64,000 nt of DNA from Phoronis australis (taxonomy: Eukaryota; Animalia; Phoronida), in contig NMRA01000069.1 of NCBI GenBank assembly GCA_002633005.1, forward strand, positions 487,740 to 551,739. The letters run 5' to 3'. The notes beneath the pieces are model-generated. The model was not told the origin of the DNA. It saw only the letters and a program-made list of their open reading frames with translations, and did not search any database. How positions within the stretch are numbered: position 1 is the stretch's first letter; each line of letters starts with the position of its first letter. The position numbers and the translations under genes were made by a program. Below are positions 14,201 to 26,844 of the stretch, one piece after another.

Positions 14201-16118
14201 GATTACTTCATGCAGTTAATTGAGTCGACTTGTCTCTGATCTAGGAAAGTTGAATATACCGTGCCAACTCATGGTTGGCGAAAACTAAATTTCAACAGTG
14301 TTCAGTTCTTCTTTGTGTGAAACATGTCTCAAGGAACATGGCACAATGACCAGTTTGTTTTATGCTTTGCTTCTGATTATAGTAATTTTCCACTCGTTTC
14401 GCACAAAATATGTTATTTTCCTGAAAGTCGCAGGGAGTGAGAAACTGAATATTCAGACTTTGTAGTTGATGACTTATAAGTCTAGACTGAGGACCAAGTC
14501 TCCATTGGCAAGTTGGTGGTTACACTGGCGTTAGTAAAGCAGAGAGAAGTTGACAATCCTTTGCAAGTTACCAATAAAAATAAATTTTAGAAGCCTGCTT
14601 GCGTTTCAACTTCCCCCCATTCAGCCTGATTCAAATCCACCAAGCATCACCATTAATGTAAGGTTCTAATTCTGCAACAAGTTCACATACTTATGTGCCC
14701 CATATCTAACATTAATTGCCCTATATCTGGAGGGTCATTGCTTGTGATCACTTGTCCAATTAACACCTATTCTATTTACAACAACCTCTGACCTATTTAC
14801 GCCAACCTCTAACCTATTTACACCAACCTCTAACCTATTTACATGGCATAGAGGTTGGTGTACGTAAACCAGAAACCGACTTTAGAAATAACGTTACACT
14901 CTCGTGAGTCCTGCGACTCCATGTGGCCGACATGTTAAATGTAACTACTTGTCGGAATGTTTTTCAGCCGCCTGTGTCCGTTGAAATGCAGGAAGAGATG
15001 AAGCTCCGGTCCAAGTACCCCAACATCGGCCGAGGGGGCGGGGCGGCCAACTCCATACTTCAGAAGAGGATGCATAAGGCTGTAAGCCCCTTGAAAAATG
15101 TTTTTAGTAAAATTTAGCAAAAAAGAAAAGTTTGTTGATAGTGTGACAGGCAGTGTGGCCTTGTGGGATAGGTTTACTCAAGGTCATGGGTTTGAGTCCC
15201 ACTGGGGGACGCTGTTAGACCCCTGAGTCTGACCTCTAGCTCCTCAGCTCCGTTTTAGTTATACATACTGAATAAAGCACAAAATGCATTTTTTCAGTGT
15301 AGGAAAACAACGGTAACAATAGCGTGACCAAATTCCACTTGAAAACACTGTTACAGTTTTATAAAATATTTCGTTTTCGTTTCATGAAAATTTAAAGTTG
15401 TTTTCATAAAAATTTATTTTTGATATCCCCTCCTGCAAAATTGGAACATTTTGTAAACAATTCCTATTAAATAGAATTTTGAAGAGCATTGTATATTAAA
15501 ATATAGTGTTTCACAAACTTCATTAAAGACACAAGTAGACTTTTTGTTAGCAAGCTTTGGAACAGTCTCCTTTCTTCTGGTGTGCAGGTATGAAGTAACA
15601 AACTGAGAGTACGAACCAGTATCAAGCTTGCTAACAAGAAGTGTAGTCGTGTCTTTAACGAAGTTTGTGTAAGCAAAGGGCTACTACCGAACTAAACTAA
15701 AATATAGTGTGTGAAAGTTTCATGTAAATCGAATCTGCCATTTCTGAGTAATGATGTTCGGAACTTAGCCACATTTTGACATTTTCATTGGATGCTTTGT
15801 AACTTTGATTCCTGTTGTAAAAATGCTCCTGGCAAGTGAACGACTTAGTTTTTTACTTCCTTTTCTCAGCAAAAATATTTTGACTCTGGTGACTACAACA
15901 TGGCCAAGGCAAAGATCAATCAGAAGAAAGCACCTCTGCCACAGGAGGCTAAGCTTCTGGTGGCCGAGTCAACTGGGGAGGCAATCCCCACTCCCGAATC
16001 GGTGCCACACCCCCACAGAAAACCGTCGCTCATCAGCAAGTTGGCCTCGGCCGAGGGGGCTTCGTTAACAGAGCCGTGTCCGAACCGTTACGATACTCAG
16101 CACATTCAAACAGCCTAG
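11247..16118 (+). CDS. ENSA: Alpha-endosulfine / ARPP-19 family PP2A-B55 inhibitor, 144 aa
   Basis: Exons 11247-11318, 14968-15081, 15870-16118, all phase 0 GT-AG. Contains [30 protein letters not shown] (Greatwall site), [12 protein letters not shown] and RKPS (PKA-type site). AATAAA at ~17407. Confidence 0.95.
12430..13307. mobile_element. TA-flanked TIR element (Tc1/mariner-pogo-like MITE) spanning an assembly gap
   Basis: Ends TA|CCGTAATCGTTCGGGTTAACGCCC ... GGGCGTTAACCCGAACGATTACGG|TA, with internal GGGCGsTTAA subrepeats. A related fragment lies at ~47686-47770. Confidence 0.85.
12550..12982. other. Assembly gap (N run)
   Basis: Run of N. Confidence 1.
14775..14862. repeat. About 21-bp minisatellite x3 with an adjacent inverted copy
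   Basis: TATTTACACCAACCTCTAACC-like unit repeated three times, followed by AGAGGTTGGTGTA. Confidence 0.7.
15146..15285 (+). mobile_element. tRNA-derived SINE-like fragment in ENSA intron 2
   Basis: A-box-like TGGCCTTGTGG, B-box-like GGTTTGAGTCCC and downstream AATAAA; no complete cloverleaf. Confidence 0.55.
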
Positions 16119-16327
16119 TCGTTGACCAGCTTCTAACTAGGAATTGACTGTTTTCAATATTGACTAGATCTCGACGGACTAATTCGTCCTTTAAGCTTGC
16201 GGATTTTGCGAAAGCCCTATTGCTAAAGACACTCTACGGTCACGCTGTTTGGGATGACTGAAGTACAAGGTTAAACTGCGTGCTTGTAAGATGTAAAGAA
16301 TACCAGAGCAGTAATAATCACTTGCTG

Positions 16328-16401
16328 GGGCCCCAGATTTTGAGAACCAGTTTAATGCGAGTTACTCAATGGAGGAAAATGGTTCTTAAAATTTGAGACC
16401 C
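16328..16401. repeat. Short palindromic element in the ENSA 3'UTR; relative at 22885-22954
   Basis: GGGGCCCCAGATTTTGAGAACCA...TGGTTCTTAAAATTTGAGACCC, compared with GCCTGCATTTAGAGAACCAGTT...AACTGGTTCTCAAAATGCAGGC. Confidence 0.6.
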
Positions 16402-18912
16402 GTGTGAGTGACTAGTGCCACTAGGCCTCTGCATTGTCTTCGATCCAAACCTACGACTGTTCAGGTTAGGCTGAACACAGACAGGCGGTGTGGTGTCCAC
16501 TTGTAATTGTAGTGTATGTCTGAATTAGTTGTACATACAGTAAGTGCCTCCTTAGTGAGATAGGCTTTCAAGCCATTGAATGTTCGCACTTTCTCTCAAA
16601 CACAGGAAGTTGGTGTGGACAACAGCCTAGTAAAAGGAGTTCTCGTGGCTCAATTTTGTACCGATAGTCTCGTGTTCTCAGTTACATTACACTATGAATG
16701 TGGATTCGGTTCCAGTTCTCCAAGTGTTTATTCACTGTGCGTAGACCCTGGAGAAGTTGGATAATTTGTAACGTGTATAGTGTTTGAGTGAACATTTGGG
16801 ATGCGACTGTTGTATATGTTGGTAGAAAAAATGTTGACTGTTATTAATAGCCTGAGACAGATAACATGAAATGTACTCTATTGTGTAAATAGTGTAAGTA
16901 AACAGGGCGTATTTCTCTATTTCAATCTGTCATCAAAATTATAGGAAATTAGTTTCTTTTTGCCAAAATATAGCCAAAATTGATGCATTTTGCCATGTGC
17001 TAAATCATTGGTTTCAAGATTCACCATATGGGTGCATTCTTTTTAAGACTAGTTGTTGCCAGTGAGGTGGTTTATTTCAAAATTGTGTCTGTTATATTTA
17101 TCTTTGCTTTACACCTTTAATTCTTTGAAAGGAATAGGGGCGCGGAATTCATTAAAATTTGAAGCTTTGTATGATATTAATGTAATTAACTTATTATTTT
17201 TGCTGCATTAAGCAGAAAAGACAAGATTCTCAAATTGCAAGTCTGGTTATTACGGTGAACTGCTTTTCGTCGTTTAAATGTTACTAAATCAATGCACCTT
17301 TGTCAAAATCTTAAACGTTTTTAGACATTTGTAGTTCTGTATTAAGATATGAAACTCAAAATGTTAGCGTCTGCTCTTGCACCTGTTTTGTACTAAGTGG
17401 TTATGAAATAAAAATACGTCTGCTATTGTTTATCAATTAGTTTTCATTGTAAAAAACGTTGAGTTTTTGCCATTTTTATGAGTGTACAAAACTGTTCCCG
17501 GAATTTGAACATGTACTAAATGTAGGATGTTTGTAGACCACAATTTACAGAAACTGTGTCGAAGTGAACCTGGTTTACAACGTTCCATCCTGAAAGTCCT
17601 AGCCATTTGTACCTTGTTGCTTTGACCACAACAAAGTTTAGTTACTTGGCTTAGAATGTACTGGGAAGGTTTCATTGTGTTGAAACTCAATTGGAGTGTG
17701 TGCATGAGCCGTACGAAAGTGCTCGGGTATTCCAGTTATGAACTGCGTCAATATTAAAACAGCTGAGTTGCGTGTGTGTCATTGTGCTATTGAGCAGCAA
17801 GCAACAATACAGAAGAAACTGACTTAAGTTCATTTTTTACGTCTATGATTTATCTCAACTTTCAAACTTTGAAACTTCCACATTCGGTAAACTTTAGACA
17901 AAACTTGCGTCTAACTTAAAGTCACTTTCTTGAAACGGTCTTATGACAAATTGAAATTTTATTTTAAAATTTACTTAAATTTATGATTTGTTTCAGCTAC
18001 AGTTTATCGGTTTTCTTTGAGTGGACCTGTGGTTTATAATGGTCAATTGGTGTAGTGTGTAAAAATGTGAAACAACATGTACCTCAAACATTCTAGCATT
18101 TTTTTCCAAAATTTCCTGATCAATAAATCTTAGCAGCTAAAATTAAGGGAATCCTTTATTACGTTGATCAAAAAGAAAATGACAAAGAGGCTTACTTTTT
18201 GAAAGATAAAGCTTTATTTCACCCATAGCCATCAATGTTGAATTCTTAGCAGAAGAGCTTTGGGGTTTAAAAACATTTCCACTCTCGCACGATCTCGTTA
18301 CTGAAGGAGCTGGCTACTCAAGGGACAGGAAATCAGTGTGTGTCATTTGGAATGTGCAGTTTAGTGTAGGTCAACTCCAATAAACGCTGAAGCATTTCTC
18401 GAGTCAGTCATGGTTTCTACATTCTGTTGCATAACAGAACTAGAATCTCATTACGGAGAACAGTTGTTTGAGAGTAAAAGGCCCAATTCGAATTTATTTA
18501 GCCAGCAGCTAAACATAGTGAAATGCATCTTTAAGTCTGGGATATGGCCTTTAATTGAATGTGTTCCCGGAGGCTGACAAACAAAGAAGTGACTCAATTG
18601 GCAAAACATGTATTGCGTAATGAGAACACAGCTTGAGCACACAAACACATCAAAATACGGTATGACAGTTAAATAGGCCATTGAGTTATTAAAATGTAAC
18701 AAAATGACACGTTCATGCATGTGAGCCTATAAAATCTCATCGAATTTTCTGATAGCCTGCACATTGTAAAAACTATTAAGAGTTGCATCCTAAACGACTT
18801 GAGAAAAAACCTTGGGCATGAATTCATTACGTAGGTTTGTTTCCGTAAAATATGCCCGCAACTCAAACATCTTATTTGCAACAGTTGTAAAAATGAAATA
18901 CCTGTGCACCAA

Positions 18913-21903
18913 GAACGCATACCCGAATGGTGAAACATGGAAAATAATTTCAACTACTACTACCCCTCTTGGGAGAGAGGGTACGGTAAGGGGGGACATC
19001 TTTAGACTAGTTACATTCCTGAATAATTTTTCACAATAGGTAATATATATATATATATATTTGAATCCTTGTACAAGCTTATTTTGAGATGCTAAAAGGC
19101 ACTGTAAGAAAGGAAATAAAAAATCGCACATATTGTTGTTAAAAAATTCAATTGCATTTCACTTGCACAACAATAAGGCACAAAAACGAATGTTTGAATT
19201 AACTATGTGTTTGTGCTAATAAGATTTTTTTTGAACGAAGCCATTGGGGAATCTCAATGTTACACTGTTAGTGCTAGATTATCACACTGGCAGCTTTATA
19301 AATAACCATATAATTATGAACTTAATTGACACTAGTGTCCATAGGACAGACACAACATTAAAATCTCATGAATTTAGAACACAATATGGCCGACTGGTCA
19401 AACTTTCTTTTCATACAAATAACACCAAATAAATGCTACACTTTTTTAAAAGATTTACACCATGAGATACCATCAGACAATAACTCTGAGAAAATGTGCG
19501 TATTCAAAATATTGTTAGAAGCCTTTTAAAATGAAAAAGACCAACTTTGGCAATTATTTTTGTGAGAAATTGGTGATAGTTTACCATTGCAAGAATGCAA
19601 ACACATTACTATTATCGTCTTACCCTAGTTCCCCTGAGAATTAGGTAAAATATTTCATTATTCATTGTCACTTTTTGCAATTAAAAAATAATTTGTTCCT
19701 CAGTTTGCAAATGAATTGTTTTGAGTTACATACATATTTTAGGGTTTGCCGTGTGAGGGGAAACAAAATTGATTCCAATAGATAACTTTTAAAATCATTT
19801 TCAAACAGAAATTGAAAAACTTAAACAAATGTAAGGCTTAAAATTTTGCTTCATTTAGTTAACTAAGTTTGGTAAAATTCTGTTAAAATGGGGGACTCAG
19901 TTTTCAAGTGCTATTACTCTGAAAGATTTGGCAAAAAATAACATTCTACAAGGATAAATACTGTCACTGCACACCATGGCACTGATTGTCAAACATGCGT
20001 CGAGAATTATCAGGAATGTTAAAATATCAAACGGAGTACAATAAAAATAACCTCTAATAATATTTTCTAAGCACACCTGCAGCTGTGGTCAAAACCAGGA
20101 CTAGACTGCACACAACTCACACACCTCTTAATACATAAAAGTAGATTGTCTTTTAACTAATTTTGCACCACAACAAAATTGACCTATTTCCAGAAGTTTG
20201 AGTGACGGCTTAACTGACCAATCACAATGCAGCATTCTTGACATACCTTTGTTTCCAAGTTGCCATTTTACGCGACAAACAACTCGTTGACGTGAAAAAT
20301 TTATTGTTTNNNNNNNNNNNNNNNNNNNNNNNNNNNNNNNNNNNNNNNNNNNNNNNNNNNNNNNNNNNNNNNNNNNNNNNNNNNNNNNNNNNNNNNNNNN
20401 NNNNNNNNNNNNNNNNNNNNNNNNNNNNNNNNNNNNNNNNNNNNNNNNNNNNNNNNNNNNNNNNNNNNNNNNNNNNNNNNNNNNNNNNNNNNNGAACGCA
20501 TACCCGAATGGTGAAACATGGAAAATAATTTCAACTACTACTACCCCTCTTGGGAGAGAGGGTACGGTAAGGGGGGACATCTTTAGACTAGTTACATTCC
20601 TGAATAATTTTTCACAATAGGTAATATATATATATATATTTGAATCCTTGTACAAGCTTATTTTGAGACGCTAAAAGGCACTGTAAGAAAGGAAATCAAA
20701 AATCGCACGTGATATTGTTGGTAAAAAATTCAGTTGCATTTCACTTGTACAACAACAAGGCACAAAAACGAATGTTTGAATTAACTATGTGTTTGTGCTA
20801 ATAAGACTTTTTTGAACGAAGCCATTGGGGAATCTCAATGTTACACTGTTAGCACTAGATTATCACACTGGCAGCTTTATAAATAACCATATAATTATGA
20901 ACTTAATTGACACTAGTGTCCATAGGACAGACACAACATTAAAATCTCCTGAATTTAGAACACAATATGGCCGACTGGTCAAACTTTCTTTTCATATAAA
21001 TAACACCAAATAAATGTTACACTTTTAAAGATTTACACCATGAGATACCATCAGACAATAATTCTGAGAAAATGTGCGTATTCAAAATATTGTTAGAAGC
21101 CTTTTAAAATGAAAAAGACCAACTTTGGCAATTATTTTTGTGAGAAATTGGTGATAGTTTACCATTACAAGAATGCAAACACATTACTATTAAAACATTC
21201 CTCATTTCCACTCGTCTTACCCTAGTTCCCCTGAGAAGTAGGTAAAATATTTCATTGTCACTTTTTGCAATTAAAAAATAATTTGTTCCTCAGTTTGCAA
21301 ATGAATTGTTTTGAGTTACATACATATTTAAGGGTTTGCCGTGTGAGGGAAAACAAAATTGATTCCAATAGATAACTTTTAAAATCATTTTCCAACAGAA
21401 ATTGAAAAACTTACACAAATGTAAGGCTTAAAATTTTGCTTCATTTAGTTTAATAACTAAGTTTTGTAAAATTCTGTTAAAATGGGGGACTCAGTTTTCA
21501 AGTGCTATTACTCTGAAAGATTTGGCAAAAAATAACATTTTACAAGGATAAATACTGTCACTGCACACCATGGCACTGATTGTCAAACATGCGTCGAGAA
21601 TTATCAGGAATGTTAAAATATCAAACAGAGTACAATAAAAATAACCTCTAATAATATTTTCTAAGCACACCTGCAGCTGTGGTCAAAACCAGGACTAGAC
21701 TGCACACAACTCACACTCCACTTAATACATAAACGTAGATTGTCTTTTAACTAATTTTGCACCATGACAAAATTGACCTATCGCCAGAAGTTTGAGTCAC
21801 GGCTTAACTGACCAACCACAATGCAGCATTCTTGACATACCTTTGTTTCCAAGTCGCCATTTTACGCGACAAACAACTTGTTGACGTGTAAAATTTATTG
21901 TTT
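18913..21903. repeat. 1.4-kb near-identical direct duplication flanking a gap (18913-20309 vs 20494-21903)
   Basis: The two copies align end to end with scattered substitutions and small indels; the duplication boundaries coincide exactly with the contig ends. Confidence 0.95.
20310..20493. other. Assembly gap (N run)
   Basis: Run of N. Confidence 1.
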
Positions 21904-21949
21904 GTTTATCAACATTTTGCGAGGGGGCGGAGCTTGCGATAGGTAAATT
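21771..21949. mobile_element. About 175-bp MITE with AATTGACCTATCGC TIRs
   Basis: AATTGACCTATCGC...GCGATAGGTAAATT. Full copy at 57754-57928; partial copy at ~20177-20309. Confidence 0.75.
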
Positions 21950-21973
21950 GTCACTTTGAAAAAGAGTTAGTGA

Positions 21974-22266
21974 TACGGAAGCCATTTTAAAGTGAAAAAA
22001 AATGTTTTATTATCTGGAAGCTGCCACTTAATGTGGTGGCCGCCAGATATTAAGTGGTGGCCGCCAGATATTAAGTGGTGGCCGCCAGATATTAAGTGGT
22101 GGCCGCCAGATATTAAGTGGTGGCCGCCAGATATTAAGTGGTGGCTGCCAGATATTAAGTGGTGGCTGCCAGATAATTGTCTGGTTTCCGCCAGCTACTT
22201 ATCTTTCAGCAGCCAGATAATAAAATATTTTTCTTCACTCAACAATGGTACTATAGGGCTTTCGTA
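21974..22266. mobile_element. TIR element with an internal 21-bp tandem array
   Basis: Ends TACGGAAGCC...TTTATTATCTGG and CCAGATAATAAA...GGCTTTCGTA are inverted; about 7 copies of GTGGTGGCCGCCAGATATTAA at 22033-22175. Confidence 0.75.
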
Positions 22267-23258
22267 TAGCTGGGAACTCACCAACCATGTCTAGCTTTTC
22301 TTGTGCATTGTTTTGGAAAATCACAAAAAAGCTCGTACAGTTTACTTTAGTTAGCACTTAACATCTGACTACACGAAAAACCTGAGTTGCCCTCAAAGCC
22401 GAGTTTTGACATACGTTCTCAGTTAAAACTGTGCTAGCCATTACTTTGAGCAACATAAGAAAGAGTGGTTCATAAGTACAAACAAAACACAACATCATTT
22501 CTTCAACACTGTATCAAGCTAATTCTGCTACAAAATAATAACTACATATTTTGGTCGTTTCACACATTCTTAGACTCTCCTTTAAATTTGCACACTGTTA
22601 AGAAATATTGACACTATTCAAAATCGGTTTTTATTGACTCAATAGTCTAATGGTATTTTTGATACTTGCAATTACTGAAGCAATGGAAACAGATCTGTTA
22701 AACGTTAGTGTTTTGTGTTAGCCCAACAATGTTATTGACCTGTCTGTATCATGCTTCTGCCTAACTGGACAAACTTACATTTTCAAGTTAAGCTAAGTAC
22801 ATGAAGCGTTATTACATGGGCTCAATACCAGCCACAAAGGTAAATTGAACTGTTGAAGATGTAAGTAATAGTCTGATATAGCGTGCCTGCATTTAGAGAA
22901 CCAGTTTTCTCCACTGAATAACCTTTATCAACTGGTTCTCAAAATGCAGGCCCCTTATATAAGACTATCGGTTCTTCAACACAACTCCTGTAGTCCGCTT
23001 TGCCCAGGACGGATAAATTAACGGTGGTGTTGCTATTGGTATTTTACCGATGTTTTCTTAATTATCGTCGATATATACCAATATTTGAATAGCTACAGGC
23101 AGACCAAGTCTGTGTTCAATGTCTTGTGCACTGTAAGTGAGGCATGTAAACACGAAAATACCACGGATACGTTCAAATAAATCAACTTTACATGCAAACA
23201 AAACTAACACGATACAAGATCCTGTCAAATGTTGCATGCTTGTTTTCAGAAAGAGAGC

Positions 23259-24989
23259 CTATTCATAAGAGAATCTGTTGTTCCATTGCGGTTTTGGCTC
23301 CAGTGTTGTCTTAGATCTTGTCACACCAGGAGGCGCTGAGCTACCAGACTTTCGGGGACTACCGGCTGAAGGAGACTTGCGATGTTGCTAACAAAAAAAC
23401 AGAGCTTGGTTACAGAATTGGAAATAACATTGAAAACTTGAAACTACATAGAGGGTAGCAAAGAATTCATCTATCAACCTAATTAACATGATGGTGGTGA
23501 TGAATGTAAAATAAAATGGATTAAATACAGAAAAAGAGTAAGTTTAAAAAATCTTGCTAATGAGAATGATGATGCTGCCATGTACTTTTATCACAGAATA
23601 TTGGTTCCATTTCTCGAGCAATAACTCTAGACTTGCTAATGGGGAACATTAAAAAAAACTGTTAGGTTTCAGCTCCAGATGATAGTCATAGTTTCCAAAT
23701 TAAGGCTAAATCCATACATCAGTCTTTTGTTAAGTATTCCCATGGCATGTGCCACGAATCAAAGATCTACTGAAACGCGTACATTATATTTCTTTGGATG
23801 AAAATTGATCCTAAGGTAACATTTCACGAAGACTTCAATTTCAGAAACCAAAAAGTCCACACTATATCAATTTATTTTAGCCATTGTTTTATTACCGTGA
23901 AGTCATTGTCAATGGGGTAATTGCTCTGCTCCTCACAAAAGGACCTTAGATTCAAGTTCCTGATGAACAGAATTCTCGATGACAGGGGCTCTTGTAATTG
24001 ACGGAATTTCTAATGTAAAACCATTCTGACACGGCGGATATATATCCTACTTTTATAATCATATATGATACACCCTCTTGTGTTGAACACAAAGTTCTAT
24101 TTACAATTTACAACCTTAAGATAGTTTCTCTTTAACTGGCAACAGTCTGACCTTGCGTCAAGTGTCAGCCAATTAAGAAGACAGTAAATGGAACGTCGTA
24201 TTTTGTGTCCAAAAGGAAATGTGTGGGCCAAATATTCCAAATGACATGTCTATGTATAAAAGGTGCAAAAATGGAATCTGATGCTAAAATAAGTTACCGT
24301 ATAACCCGGAACTGGATGCTAAGACTCATGACAAAAGAGCTGCACATGCTCAAAGGACGAGACTTACAATTTTGCAACATCAACAAAAACCTATATGAGA
24401 AGGAATTAAGTGACAACTAAACAATAATAGCCAGAGGATCTCTGCATAAAAATGCTTAAATCAACAATAATTTATTTCCTTGAATTTCAAGGTCTTGTTA
24501 AAGTAATTTTCAAAAGAGTTTGACGAATCGCAATGCCAAAGATTAAGCACATAAAACTGTAGCAGTGAAAAGTGAACTTACCCCAGCTGAGGCTGCAGCC
24601 TTTGACGTACTCCTGTTGACTTTATAATCGGCAGACTTGGAAGTTGCATAAATCTGCTTCTTCTTCTCAAGTCTCTGTGACGCCTCTATTGGTGGCAGTG
24701 TTGGTTTGCGCCCAGAGCCCAAACGATTTCGTGACGCCTGCACACGCTCATATTCCTCTCGCAATAGTAGCTCCTCCTTAAGTTTCCGATTTATTATCAA
24801 CGCCTGTTTGAGTAGTTCCTCTTCCTCCTGATCTGTTAAATTAGATGCGCTCAACGCTTCAGCAAGCTGCTCAGGGTCAGAAAAGTCGACAACATTGTCT
24901 GCAACTGGTGCTCTAGGGGCTTTCGGTGCCAACTCACAATCCTCTCCACCATCGCCGCCGTTTTCCTTAGGTTTCTGGGCAGCACTCAT
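23259..24989 (-). CDS. Uncharacterised 178-aa protein (acidic/coiled-coil middle, basic Ser/Pro-rich tail ending PKPQWNNRFSYE)
   Basis: Coding exons 24989-24582 (acceptor at 25045, donor GGG|GTAAGT) and 23387-23259 (acceptor TTTTGTTAG, stop TAG) splice in phase 0 into one open frame. Lies divergent to Cactin. Confidence 0.7.
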
Positions 24990-26639
24990 CTCACAACTTC
25001 GCACTAGAGGGATTTTGGGGTACAGAACTACATGGTTTTTAGCTCCTGGAAAAACAAATTATGAATTCAATATGAGTAGAGCACAGTCATGTGTTGAATG
25101 CAATGATTCTTGCTACTAGAATTACTAGATCTTGTTTGTCTTAACAGAAGCTTTAGTTTGTAGCAAAATCGTTGCCTTTGTTGTGAACACATGCAGTCGT
25201 CCACTGTTTTCTTGTTAAATCAAGGCTTGAAACTTCAAACTCTAATTAGTGAGTCTTAGCAAATGAAGAGCAAACAACAGCTAGAACGAAGTGTGAATTA
25301 AACATGTTACTAGTACCACCACATAAAAAATGATGCATTTACCAATTAAGTTGCTCTATCCCAATCTCTCCATGCCCTTCCCAATCATGCTGGCATGAAG
25401 GTGCTACCAAGAGGTAATGAACACCTACATGTTCAAGCATTTGATAGCAAATTCTCCAAATCAGGACATTTATGATACATCAAGTCAAAAAAATTCCCAA
25501 AATAATGAAATTTTACAATACAGTGAAATTCTGGCTTCCGACTTGAGAACATGGGGTCCGTTTTGCACTATCACACAAAATCACACATTAAAGCATTTCA
25601 CAAGTATTCTTGAGAGCTTGCTGGTGTATCCTTGCAAACTAGTGGCCATTAAAGTGATATTGGTAGTTGAAGTTGGAATCTTGAATAGAACGGAATTCTT
25701 GTCTCCGTTCCACAAGCAAAGATTTTTCATCGCTATTGCTTCACGAGTCCCTTGGGTCTACGGGATGCAGACCTGCTTCTGCTCTTCAACCAGTTGCTAG
25801 GTGGCGAGACCTGATCACTTAGAACTGCTGTCGTACAGGTGCTTACGCTGCATCATATGAGGTTCTGTTAGTCACTCACGAGCAGACAATTGCCAATTAG
25901 CTGGTTTTATCGTGAGTCGGGTGATCTTGGCAATTACAATTGGCTTAGTCCGCAGAATTGTAGAAATTGCCGAGATCACTCAACCCAGGAATAGCACCAA
26001 CAACCTCAAATAAAACTGGAAAAAGTGCACACCATTCACCGAGTGGCTAACAGAGGCTCATATGATTCAGCAAATGCACATCTGCAATACTGACAAACAG
26101 CATGTCGTGGAAATCGACATTTCGTGAGTCCGCTCAAAAACAGTTCAACCTAGGGACAATTTACGATAAAGGGGAGCAGAAAAGGTTAGTAATCAAAAGC
26201 AGAAATAGTCACACAGCCTGATAACATCATGCTTTTTAAGTCTGAATGAAAATACTGCATCTGGTTACATGTGGATACATTTCTAGTCACGTCTCCCTGA
26301 ATTTGACTTTGTTTGGTGAACTATTTTTGAGCACACTCAGGAAATCACATCAATTTATACATATTGTTTAGAAACTGTCTAGTTCTTTTGCAGTTCTAGG
26401 TGAACCAACTCGTCTTGTCACCTGGTAACTGGCTCGTCCACTTCAAGCTTGAATTGCCAGCCACACCACTGAGTGACACAGCCTGGGTCACACTCACACT
26501 CACACTCACGACACAGACAGATACAACAATTTGACTTTTCTGAAGACGAAATCCACAAAAATTGAAAAAAAAGGCTTTGAAAACATTTCGAAATTAAGGA
26601 AATCCGTAAAAATGTGATTCCAAACCGTACTCAAACATC

Positions 26640-26844
26640 ATGAGGCACTTTATAAACACAAATTCCGCCCTCAAACAGCGGAATGGAAATCGTTTAACAC
26701 TTCAAGTTGAACAGGAAGTAAACGTTGCTGCGGTTTCGATTTCCTGTCATGCGCAAACCCCGTTTTGGAGTGTGGCGCAAAAATAGTTAAAGGAACAAAC
26801 GTTGTCGGGACGGTGTTGACTGAACGTCGAAGAAGTTTCAAACT
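26640..26844. promoter_or_regulatory. Putative bidirectional promoter for Cactin and the 178-aa gene
   Basis: CpG-richer segment just upstream of the Cactin ATG, with ETS-like CAGGAAGT (~26713), CCGCCC (~26665) and CATGCGCA (NRF1-like half site, ~26748). Confidence 0.45.

Noticed and set aside
21992-22294. 100-aa ORF with WWPPDIK repeats / CRISPR-like look
   Set aside because: It is the translation of a 21-bp head-to-tail minisatellite with no spacers, inside a TIR element in eukaryotic DNA.
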